Of a stretch of 64,000 nucleotides of DNA, positions 13,839 to 24,400 are shown piece after piece. Positions within the stretch are counted from its first letter, which is position 1; each line of letters starts with the position of its first letter. Source of the stretch: Cenococcum geophilum (taxonomy: Eukaryota); NCBI GenBank assembly GCA_050273025.1, contig CP158636.1:2046001-2110000 (forward strand), given 5' to 3'. The position numbers were made by a program, and so were the translations under genes. The notes beneath the pieces are model-generated. The model was given only the letters and a program-made list of their open reading frames with translations, searched no databases and was not told where the DNA came from.

Positions 13839-14171
13839 ATGCCCGCGCAGAACATCGTTGCAATTCCGGCAGTCGGAACCGTTTCTAATACTACTCTCAC
13901 CCACACCGACCACACGTCACTCTCCACTGGCACTATTGCCGGAATAGTCGTCAGAGATGTAATAGCAATTATCCTACTTATCGCGTTGGGCTTATACTAC
14001 TTCCGATTTCGGCGTATGGTTGATGGTCCTGCGATTAAGCTAGAGTCGGCAGTAGAAAAGCGTCTGTCCAGGGTGTTTGTCGGAGAAGAGCTCATGTCTA
14101 AGGAAAGACACGAGATGCAAAATCCGGCTGTTTATTATGGGATGGCCCTAAAAGTGAGCCTGTGCTCATGA
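13839..14171 (+). pseudogene. Probable remnant of a single-pass (Mid2/WSC-style) membrane protein gene
   Basis: Ser/Thr-rich stretch followed by LSTGTIAGIVV..VIAIILLIALGLYYFRFRR, a TM helix with a basic stop-transfer. The helix is interrupted by RD, and no clean upstream frame or signal peptide could be assembled. Confidence 0.4.
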
Positions 14172-14654
14172 TGGCAATCCTGTGTACGAGTTGGCTGGGG
14201 ATGGGACGTGGGATGGAAGGCAGACGAATAAAGGAACAAGGTCTGATTGAGTGGTCCAATTCGTAATGTCCAGCATCAACCGCTGGTGCTGAGACTGTAA
14301 TTTCAGCGGTACTAAAGCTTCCCACACTAAAAATGCTGTGGACAAAACCCACAGGAAGCTGCCAGCAGGATCATTGCATCTCAAAATAACAGGATCTAAC
14401 TTTAACGCGCGTAGTCTAATAGATGATACCAGTCTACATTATGCGCACCATGATCAAGTATACGCCGATATTCCGCGTCGTCAGGAAACTTAAGTTACCA
14501 CCGAAGTTCTCCCGCTTCAACCTTCAACCTGTCCCCAGCTTCAAAGCTATTACAAAACGCCTTAAACGCCATAACAAATAGTTCCAACCCTCGGACTACC
14601 TTAATACCCTAATACCTTACCATTCCCGCCGCGATCTATTACTTTGAATCGGCT

Positions 14655-15562
14655 ATGAACTTCGCACCCTACCAAGACGCCTCCCCCGAAACCAACCGGG
14701 CCCTCTCTCCACCCCCTCCAACCTCTCCGCGCCGCTCCTCCTCCTACTCGCCCCGCCCCTCGCTCACCCAGTCCCGCAACATCGGCACCACCGCTGTGAC
14801 TTCTCCGAATGCTATAGACCCGCCCCAAGGCAACTATTTCGGCGGCCAGGGGCCAGAGCGGGAGCCCTGGAATGCACCTTCTGGTGGTATAGGCGGGTTT
14901 GGGGGGGTCAGGGAGGATGTGGATATGTTTGAGACGAGGCTCGGGCTAAGGATGGACTATGAGGCGTGTCTGGCATATTTGCTGTTGCCGCCGGCGGGGA
15001 GTGTGCTCCTGTTGGTGTTGGAGCACCGGAGTGATTATGTTCGGTAAGTTTGGAGAGTGTTTTATTCTTAAGAGTGTGATATGGATCCATTGAATATGGA
15101 TATCTTGGAAGATTTTTCGGCTACCTAAAAGAGTTGGTTCATAACCTAGGGCTCAGAGCGAGGCTTTCTTAGATTAATGTCGGCTGATCTTGCGACTGAC
15201 CGGATCTGTAGGTTCCATGCATGGCAAGCCAGCCTCTTGTTTACCTTTATATTCGTGAGTGTTCTTGCCTTCTCATCATTTCGGGGGTGAAGCTTATGAG
15301 CATTGCTAGGTTGTGCATATCATTTTTTCCTGGTCAAGCATAATATCCTGGCTTCTGTTCACGTGCGATATCGGCCTCATCGCATATTTGACATTAAGAG
15401 CATATAAAGACGGTGAGCTTAGCCTTCAGCTACTGCACTATGTTGTACCGAGAAGAGTTCTTGCAGGGCTTCAGCTAATATTCCTCCGTAGCGGATACCC
15501 TCGACCGGTTTGAGGTACCCTTTTTCGGGCCGCTTGCCAGCTCAATATTAGATGGCGAGTAG
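14655..15562 (+). CDS. Conserved small multi-pass membrane protein, UPF0132/DUF4870-like (201 aa, 4 exons)
   Basis: Exons 14655-15043, 15212-15254, 15310-15412, 15492-15562 give ...EACLAYLLLPPAGSVLLLVLEHRSDYVRFHAWQASLLF...RAYKDADTLDRFEVPFFGPLASSILDGE*. The LAY / VRFHA.Q / AY...F.VP..G.LA pattern fits this family (recalled, not searched). Confidence 0.8.
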
Positions 15563-15874
15563 CTGGGAGTGAAGAGGAGGTATGCATCTTTCCTGTCGGG
15601 TGGCTTGGAGGATTTTTGATGTTTACTTTGGTGGAGCGTCCCTTTGGCATCAACGGCGTTGGGCTGTGCGTTGTGGATACCCTTTCATTTGAGGCAGGGT
15701 CGACTGTGGCGTTTTTTTAGGGGTGGTATATTGTTTTCTGTCATTTCTCACGGTTTTCTATTGGGCAAACTTAGACAGCACTCGGCATCCAGTATGCCAT
15801 TAATACATTTAATCCTTAATGCCGTTTAACGAGACCCCTACATAAACAATACTCTGCAAACCCTTCTGCCATTC

Positions 15875-17060
15875 TTAGCCAAACCTCTGCTTAGCGATAG
15901 CCTTCAGCATTTCCATCGTCTTCTCTTCTTTCGCCCTAACCTCCTGCAACCTCTCATCCCTCTCCTCAGCCCTCGCCCTCAAAATCTCCTCCTTCCTTAT
16001 CTCTCGCTCATTCTTCTTCCGTTCCACCTCTTTCTTCCGCTTCTTGAACCCATCAATACCATCATCCCCGAGTAAGTCCGCTTCCCCGACTTCCTCAACT
16101 CCGGGTGACTTCGCCTTGCGAAAAGCATGCAGAGTCACTGTAGCTTCTCGCCTCTTCTCGAGCTGGCGCTCGCGGCTGCCTGGGTCGGCGCGCGGGACCA
16201 TCTCTTCGAGACGCTCTTTTTGAGCATTGCGATCGAGTTTGCGGGCGTAGCGGAGGTCGTCGATGTGGTAGGCGCGGTCTTCATCGCATAATTCTATTGC
16301 TGTGGATAAGCACACAAACACCTGTACATAGAACAAAAAACAATCATACCATCGCGGAGTTCTAGGTCCTCCATTCTAGGTATCGCTGGACCAGCTCTGC
16401 TGATTCCGGCATCCTGTGATGGCAGCGCCGGACCAATCTCATCATCGGAGCTCTCCTCCTCCACCTTGCCGTCCGCTAGCGGTGCGCTCTGTTTAGCATT
16501 TCGGCTAGGCAAGCCACGCCGCTGGGTTTTGAGGGAGCGCGAGCCGGAGGCGGGTTTGTCGAGTGATTTCTGGAGTGTGGCAGGATCATACCAGCCCTCT
16601 GCGAGTTCTCCACGATTCCTCACAAATGTTAGCCGGGGTGCTCTGAAATTGGGCTACGAAGATCCGTTCGAGAGGTTGGTGATGTATTTGTAATTGGGAT
16701 GATAGCATACCATTTTCCAATAAAGCTCTTCCACCTGCCCCTCGCCTCGTGCTCGTCTAGATCTTCGAGGACAAGCTGCTTCTGGATGTCGAGGTACAGC
16801 GCGAACATAGGTTTATAGGCTGCATGGTCATGCTTTGAGAGCGGCCGGCCGCGGAATGGGAGGCTGGCCGGCCGTTGAGGTGAACGCTTGCGCTTGTGTC
16901 TTGTGGAGTCGCGGTCGTCGTGGCAATGCGGGGAGCGTGAGCGTGAGCGGGGCTGGAGGGGAGTGCGACGGTGACGAGAGGATCGGTAGGGCGACCGAGA
17001 CCGAGAGCGGGAGGTTTTAAGGCGGTGTCGAGAGCTGTGGTTGGGGGGATGAAAGGGCAT
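15875..17060 (-). CDS. Conserved RS-rich/coiled-coil protein, SCI1 (style cell-cycle inhibitor 1)-like (345 aa, 3 exons)
   Basis: Exons 17060-16711, 16618-16350, 16293-15875. RS-rich N-terminus; core YLDIQKQ..ARGRWKSFIGKWNRGELAEGWYDP; charged C-terminus ending AKQRFG*. Intron 1 has a GCTAAC branch site and an atypical GAG acceptor. The family name is from recall. Confidence 0.8.
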
Positions 17061-17700
17061 GCTGGTGCGTGGATGTTTTTTGGGTTGGTAGGAACTAGGT
17101 TTGAAGCTCTCGGAGAAGACCTTCCTTCTCCGACTCTCCGACTAGAGTCACACACCTACCACCTCGACAATTTTCTATTAGGGGGGTTTCGATGGAACGA
17201 TATATTCGTTCGATATGATCAACGTACTAAATATTTAGCGCCTACTTGACGTCAACTTCGTTAAATATCAATTTGTCATTTAGGGGTTTCGAGACAGATT
17301 ATTTAACGAGTAGTTATTACTAAAAATAGACCCTATTCCTTACCAAAATCTTTAACGCTAAAAGTCGTGATACCCTTATGGACGAGCTTAAGCACTAGGC
17401 GTTCTTTGCTGCTGTCTCTTGGCTAATCTAAATAAACAGCAGCAACGCCTTAGTAGTCGCAACCGCCCTCTACAGCAACGACGATCTAATTTGGCCTTAG
17501 AAGCCGTATAAGCGACTTAGTCCTATTTATAAGCTAATTAACGTCTAAAAGCTGGAGGACGAAGGAGGCCTTAGCAACTACCTGTTTAAGTTCTTTACAA
17601 GATCCACTAAAGATAAAGTTAAAAAGCTTATACGTGAGCTTGATCTACGTACTAAATTTATAATAGATCCACCCTCTAGCTGGCTAAATGCGTTAACGAG

Positions 17701-17887
17701 TGTCACAGTACGTGCGGACTGTCAAGGTACGATGTACGAGGTGACTGTATATGATTGACAAACGATGTCGTGTGAGGAGCTATGTAGGAGGTGAGGCGGT
17801 ATATATACGTGTCGCTCAGGGGTCAGGTCCGTGCTCATGCATACGCGTACACGAGCCATAACAACGCGTCAGGTCAGTGCCGTGACA
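17701..17887. mobile_element. Solo LTR (187 bp, family A), almost un-RIPped, 5-bp TSD ACGAG
   Basis: TGTCAC...GTGACA ends; ACGAG at 17696-17700 and 17888-17892; homologous to 25407-25593 and 35348-35534. Confidence 0.95.
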
Positions 17888-20832
17888 ACGAGTTCGCCCG
17901 ATAAATCCTTACTTATCTTCCTCTAGCGCTTAGCTTATCTTCTTCCTCTTAGCTATATAATATTCTTCTTTAGCCGCAGTCAACTTTAGCTATTGTAAGT
18001 TTAGAATGGTATTCTATAGGATATATAGAATAAGTTTAGAGCAAGGATTTAGCTTAATAAGCCTATAATAACGCTAGAAAGGATTAAGCAGTATATAATA
18101 GCTATTAGCAGTTCGCTAGGAGACGATTTAATATTTAGTTTTATTAATAGTATAGAAATTCGTATCTATTGTCTAGGTAAAGAAGATTAAGAGCTCTTTT
18201 ATAGCGGCTACTATAAATAGCATATCTGCGGGCACCTAGCAATTATTCTTCTAGACAGTTTATTTGGTGCGATCTTTACTAGCTTACCTACCACTGGCGG
18301 CGACGCTATGCTTTATATATAGGTTTGTCTTAGCAAGAGGTTAAAGGACTTACTTAGCTATTTTTTTTTATTTTTTTTTATATCCGATTGTATTATACTA
18401 CGTACAATACTGCGCATGCAGCCTTGGGCTATGGCGCTATAGTTCTATATATATGAATCCTTTCTAGGCAGCTTAATATATACTAGTAGCTATGTCCTAA
18501 TAGTTTATAAACCCCTAAGGGTTTATAGCTCCTTAGTAAAATACTAAGTTACTACAACTACTAGGGAATGAGAAAACGGTAGGAAAAACTATAGGAAATC
18601 CTAACACCTATCCCTATCCTTTTGCAATTTATTTCTGTCCTTTTGCTCTCTACTGTCCTTTTACTAAGAGCCTAGTAGGAGTTACCTCCTTCTAGAATCC
18701 TATTTATTTTATCTCTTCTTCTATAGAACCTTCTACGCTAGTACTATGCATATACTAGTTTAGCTGCTCTAAGATTCTCACAGTCTTTACTATTAGTAAA
18801 GTGTTTTTCCTTATAATTAATGCAAAGAGGGGTAGTGTGCTCGTAAGGCCTGCCTGATATTAAACAGGTAGGACAGCAGTGGTCTTTAGATAAATGTGCA
18901 GCCGCATAGAATCTACAGGCTCTAGTAGAGCATCTGTCTCCTATATGGCCAAATTTTTGGCAGCTAGTGCACTGCGTAGTAGGAGAGACTTCGAGGTATT
19001 TTACTACCTTAGTAGCTGTACCTGCAATTGATATCTCTTTTTGCTTAAGGATTTCTTGTCTTTTTTCTTCGTTCTCTATAGTAAAAACTATAGAGCCAAA
19101 TCTGGTCTGTAAATTGTGTCTTTTTTCGCTAGATAAGATCCATTTAGGTAGTCCTTATATCCTTATAGGATTAAAGGTCTTAATCTCTTTTTTTAGAAGC
19201 TTAGAGCCTCCTTCTCCTAGAAAAGGTAGGGTAGGAACCCTATGGGCTATAATTTGAACCCATGGTTCTAGTTTTTGTTCTCTTTAAAAGGTAAAGCAGT
19301 TATGCCAGATCTCCTTATATTTGACTAGGAAATCTGCATTATACTCTTCTGTAGTCGTAAGGAGAATATTTTGTTTTCCTTTAGTTCTAGCTATAGACGC
19401 TAAAACTGGCTTTTTTACTTGCAGTTTTGATGCAAATAGTTAATTGACTTTATTTCGTATAGAGAAGGTATCTAGAGGTTGGTCCTTTTCGTCTATAATT
19501 AGGACTAGCTTCCTTTCTTATAGCTGCTTTTTCTTACTTCTAGTAGAAGTAGAACCCCTACTAGAAGAAGAAGGGGTAGAAGGTAGTAGTGGTAATGGTG
19601 AGGTAGGTAGTTATATATTAGCTAGTAATATAGTAGAGTTTAACATACCTGCTTATCTAAGCCTCTACCCTAGTTTTCTAGTGCTTTAGTCCTAGTCTAT
19701 AAGCAGTTAGCTGCCACTACCACTCGTATAGGGAATTTCACTATTCTTTTGGATATCTTATAACGGGTTATTAGCCTAAGTACTAGTCTGCCCCCCAGCA
19801 GTCTATATAAGAGTCTCCTTCTAGAGTTGGTACGCTTTTATATAGCTTAGGAGCCTTCTATAGCCTCTAGTTTTACACTTTTTCTATTATTTCCGCCGGT
19901 ATGGGTATAAGCTGCCATTTCTAGGGGTTGCAACTCCTGTCTTATACGCCTACTAGCGTAATCCTATAAAGGCGTTATGGCTGCATCTTGTAATGCAGAC
20001 TTAGGCGCACTTTCTATAGTTAGGCCTAGCTAAAACCTTCCTGCCTAAGTAACTCCTGTTTACTCCTTAAGTATATCTTACTGGCGTACCGCCCTAGAAA
20101 CGGATAGTTCCGTCTATTAATATACCAACACGCGTATCCGTTCTCTTAAGCCATATAGTAGTCTCTCTGGCTAGGATATAATCCTGCCTACCTACTAAGT
20201 GCACTAAGGGTCAAAGCCTAGCTAAGGGGTAAGGTCCTTAGAGCTAGTAGTGGCTACTACACACTATACCCCGCGGGAGGTTCCCGTTTCGCGTTGCCTA
20301 TAAGAGTCTCCTTATAATAGGCTGACTATGTTTTATAGGAGAGGGGCTGTAGAGATACTAGGTCCCGTACCGGACGACCTACTCCCCCCTCTCCTACTAA
20401 CTAAGCTTATGTCCCCCCCTTTTATAAGCTAGCTTATATCTTTAACTATTAAGACCTTATCTAACTAGCCTATATTTCCCCTATAGCCTCCCCTATATAT
20501 ATATATTAGGTTATATGCACTACGCCTATTAAGACCCTCCTATAAGTCGCCTTATATATATGCGCATTAGGTTGCGTGTACTACGCCTATTAAGACCCTT
20601 CTGTAAGTTACTTATAAGTTAACTAAGTCGTACGCTATAGGGCTATTAAAGCTGGCCTGTGTTTCCGCTGCCTAGAGCTTTGCCTATATTTCCACCTTAT
20701 TAAGCCGTCTGGTCGCCATTATGTTACTATTACGTCGCTATTACGTTACTGTCGTCTAGGTTACGCGCACCACGCCTATTAAGACCCTTTTTTAAGTTAC
20801 CTAGGTGTACCAGATACTAGATAGGCCCTCAT

Positions 20833-20949
20833 GGTAGGGCCTTAATAAGTTCTCTAGGTAGGGCCTTAATAAGTTCTCTAGGTAGGGCCTTAATAAGTTC
20901 TCTAGGTAGGGCCTTAATAAGTTCTCTAGGTAGGGCCTTAATAAGTTCT
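20833..20949. repeat. 24-bp tandem repeat (4 perfect copies + 1 partial, plus degenerate copies to ~21019) in the retroelement leader
   Basis: ggtagggccttaataagttctcta starting at 20833, 20857, 20881, 20905, 20929. Confidence 0.95.
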
Positions 20950-21355
20950 TTATAGTGGCCTTAGGGCCTTAATAAGTTTCGTACAAAGTATCTATAACGC
21001 GTTAACCTTAATAAGTTCTTATAAAAAGAGGTTCCCTACGCCCTTGCCGTATTTTCTTAGTCTTAAAGCTAGTGTAAGCCTAAGGGTGTCCTATTATACG
21101 CCTAGGGCGCGTTTACGTTGACTAGCTGAATAAGGCTAGTTTTAGGCCTGGCTGCGAGCTAGGTAGTCGTACGTTGGGCGGTTTTCGTATCCCAGTTTCC
21201 CTTAATGGCCCCCCTAGATGGTATGGCAGGAGCCCTAAGTAGGGGCAGTAGGACTTCTAGTGTTGTTAAGGGCGATATATGCGTTATAGGCTCAACACCA
21301 CAGAGTCGCAACACCAGCGCGCTGCGCGCGCTGCGACGGCTCTCCTCTATCGCCT

Positions 21356-21440
21356 CTGCACTTAGCCATCATAGGGAATGATTTCCCGATGATGTTTCCA
21401 CCCGCGGCGACGTGGACGCGTGCAGTAGGGCTTCGCGGGC
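21356..21440 (-). ncRNA. HDV-like self-cleaving ribozyme (canonical nested double pseudoknot, 85 nt)
   Basis: P1 GCCCGCG/CGCGGGU (G1-U wobble), J1/2 AAGCCCUA, P2 CUGCAC/GUGCAG, P3 GCG/CGC, L3 UCCACGU, P1.1 CC/GG, P4 CAUCAU-C-GGGAA..UUCCC-U-AUGAUG, J4/2 GCUAA with the putative catalytic C at 21365. Confidence 0.93.
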
Positions 21441-24400
21441 TTACTTAGCTATCTACTAGAGGATTAAGCTCGATTTATATATAGTAACGCAGCCTTTAGT
21501 TTATAGGATTATATTTTAGGGCCTTATAAGAAATCTAGAAATAAAACACTAATCCTAAGTTAACGAGCGCTTAATTAATAGCTATTAATAAAGAGGATTA
21601 TAGTAGAGTACGGCTTTAGAGGTGTTAGAAGTATATTTAAATTGTTAACTTATAGTTAGGTATTAGAAATTAGATTATACTTAATTAGCTTATATATGCC
21701 CATTTTTGCCTTCTTATAGAACTATTAAACCCATCTATAAGGGGGCAATTAAATATTAAGAATGTTTAAGCTATCGCCGCCTTTATTAGAAGACTATTTA
21801 ACTGCTAGTAGCGGTAATAAGGAAAGGGTAGGGCAAATATAGTAGTAGATATTATAGTGCTGTAATAAAGTAGACTAAATAACTACGTTATAGTATAAAG
21901 AGGAGAAGAAGGTAGAAAGGGGATATTATATATAAGTAGTAGTGCCGGCCACTAAGGTACTAGTAGTGGGCTAGCTAATAATAGGAAATAGTATAAGATA
22001 GTATAAAACAGTATACGTTAAGTTAGTGCCGTAATAGTACTCCTCTCCCCTAGATGGTTTGGTCCCTAAATTAAATAAATAACTCTAAAATAGGTAGTAT
22101 ATAGGGTCGCCTATTTTTTACCGCAGAGATATTAATTCCGCTTATCGCCCTTAATTAAGCTAATGGCAATTTTCTATACCGGGCATAGAAAATCCTAATT
22201 AGTTAGTTTAGTAAGTAAGGTTAGCAGAACTCTATACCGCCACCTAAATTAATCTATATGGCGTTTCTTGGTAAGAATCTAGCTAATTAAATAACTTTAA
22301 CTACTGGTTAAAGTTTTATAACATCTTAACCACTATAAATTTTAATACGGTGGTCGGCTATAACCTTAGCGTAGCTTTTCCTTATCTTATACCTAGTCTA
22401 GGGGTCTTAGCTTTTTAGGGTGTTGCTTATAAAAGTGCTATATAGCTTATTTATAACCCTTTAGGTTTTCTTTTAGCTGCTAGGTTATATCCTTATAATA
22501 TTTCTATTTAATCTTATAAGTTAGGCCTTAGGGGTCTCCGTTATATATATTAAGGATTTTCTTAAACTCCTATTTGTCTTCTATATTACTATTATTATTT
22601 CTCTCTACTACTTATCCTTATATATTACGGCGCTCTATAGTATTAATATTTACTTAGCTAGGGATTTTTTTAGTAGCCTAAAGACGGACCTTAGATATAT
22701 AAAAGGATTTATTTACTTAAATATAGTCCGGGAGGTTTACTATAACTACCCTTTAGTATACTATAAGTATAGAGTATAGGCCGTCCTATTTATTGTCCTA
22801 TTTCTTCTTAGGTCTATTTATCTTTATATTTTCTAAGCTAACTATAACTATATTGCCTTTATAGAATAACACGCTCTCGTCCCTATAGGTATTAGTATTC
22901 TCTTTATAGTATTGCTATAAAATTCAGGCTAGGGCCTTAAGCTATATTAATATCCGCTTAAAGTGGTTGGCTATAAAGTCTGCGTAGAAGAGCTCCTTCC
23001 TTGCTTATACTAATAGTATTAGTAGGTAGGGGCTAGTAGGCTTAATTCCAAGGCGAGGGTTAAAGCTATGGTTTACAAAAAATGGGGAGATGCCTATACT
23101 CTTATTAATTTAGTTATTTATAGCAAACTTAATAAGCGGTAGGTAGTTAACCTAGTTATTTTATATAAAGCTAATAAAAGTATAAAGGTACTTATTTATG
23201 GTAGCGTTAATAATTTTAGTTTAGCTATTCGTTTTTAGGTGCTAGGCTAAGCTTGGTCTTAGGGTTATCTTAAGGCGTTTACTTAGTTATTACTAGAAGT
23301 TGCTAATAAATTATAAACTATAATTAGAGATAATTATACTTAGTGCACTGTAGAGCTTATATATATTATTAATAAAGCTATTAACTAGCTCCTCTGTTAA
23401 GAGTCCTATTACTAAAATAAGGTATTATATTTTAGTTAGGCGGTTTATAATAATAAGGATATATTTATATACCTTACTATAGCGTTAGTATACCAGTAGC
23501 GTTATAATATAGCTAATTAAAATATTAGTTTATAGATAAGCGGGTAGTTTTAGTAGCTTTAAAAAACTAGGCGGGGCTAAATAGGGGGTCTTAGTGCGAA
23601 AGTATAGGGCATAGTCTTTAATAAAGGTAGCTATAAATTAGGAGATTCCTAGCTACTAGTATATTTAGTTTAAGAGGTTAAAGGTTTTAACCCGACTAAG
23701 GTAACTAGCGGGGCCGCTACTATAAGAGTAATAGATAACTTCTAGGTAGAGGTCTAGGGCGTTAGGGATAAAGAAATATTAGCGGAAGTAGATCTATTTG
23801 TTGATAATGCTATATTCTAACTTATTATAATAGAGTAATTTTCTAATCTTCTTTAGCTATTAGTAAGCTTTCTAATTACGTAGGGCCGCTACTATATCTC
23901 TTACGAGTTTGTTCTCCTAGTATCCTAACTAAATTAACTTAACTAGTAACCTTTTAGCTATTTTAGGGTCTAGAGCGGCTATAAACTCCGCGTTATTAAA
24001 GTTATAGGATTTATATAGTAATTCTTCTAAGATTATAGGGTTAACTTTTTAGGGTAGTATAACGACTTAGGCTTAGTAGCGGAGGCGTTTATTATTAGCG
24101 TCCTTAGGCCTTATTCCTAATAGCCAGCTTAGGGCATTAGGGAGCGTGGCTTTACTACTAGGTCTGTATATAATTATAAAGTTAAACTATAAAAGGAACT
24201 CTGCCTATTAGATTTAGCGCTAATTTAGCTGCTTAATAGTTATAAACGTCTATAGGTTCTTATAGTTGGTAATAATTTTAAACGGCTCCTTAGTCCTTTA
24301 TAGCTTAGGACACTATTTCTTTAGAGCCTTAATAATAGCTAAGAGTTCTTTATTATAGATCTTATAGTTTTACTTTAGCGTAAAGTACTTTGCGAAAAAG

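Larger units (their letters stand above)
18361..21440 (-). mobile_element. Non-autonomous non-LTR (LINE-derived) retroelement: 5' HDV-like ribozyme, long repeat-rich leader, RIPped gag-like ORF1 only, poly(A) tail
   Basis: Poly(T) on + at 18361-18379; TSD (c)ttacttagcta(t) at ~18349-18361 and ~21440-21452. ORF1 zinc knuckles QCTSCQKFGHIGDRC..CRFYAAAHLSKDHCC..CINYKEKH (~18775-18975). No endonuclease/RT motifs seen, and the element is too short for a full ORF2. Confidence 0.88.
17181..21800 (+). mobile_element. Second RIP-degraded PIF/Harbinger (DDE_Tnp_4-type) element, interrupted by a solo LTR and a non-LTR element; boundaries approximate
   Basis: Frame from ATG ~17378 continues across the solo LTR. 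FSFINSIEIRIYCLGKED*ELFYSGYYK*H..ILLDSL (~18135-18260; de-RIP GFIDG..RP..Q..YSG..K.H..PDG) resumes after 21452 with IYSNAAF..GPY..RIIVEYGF. Possible left end TTA|GGGGGG at 17181. Confidence 0.7.

Noticed and set aside
4100..17200. Gene island as Starship cargo
   Set aside because: No DUF3435 tyrosine-recombinase captain recognised; two of the genes look like conserved core genes
20833..20949. CRISPR-like appearance of the 24-bp repeats (also 40050-40410 and 58210-59250)
   Set aside because: Head-to-tail repeats without unique spacers, in a eukaryotic TE context with no cas genes
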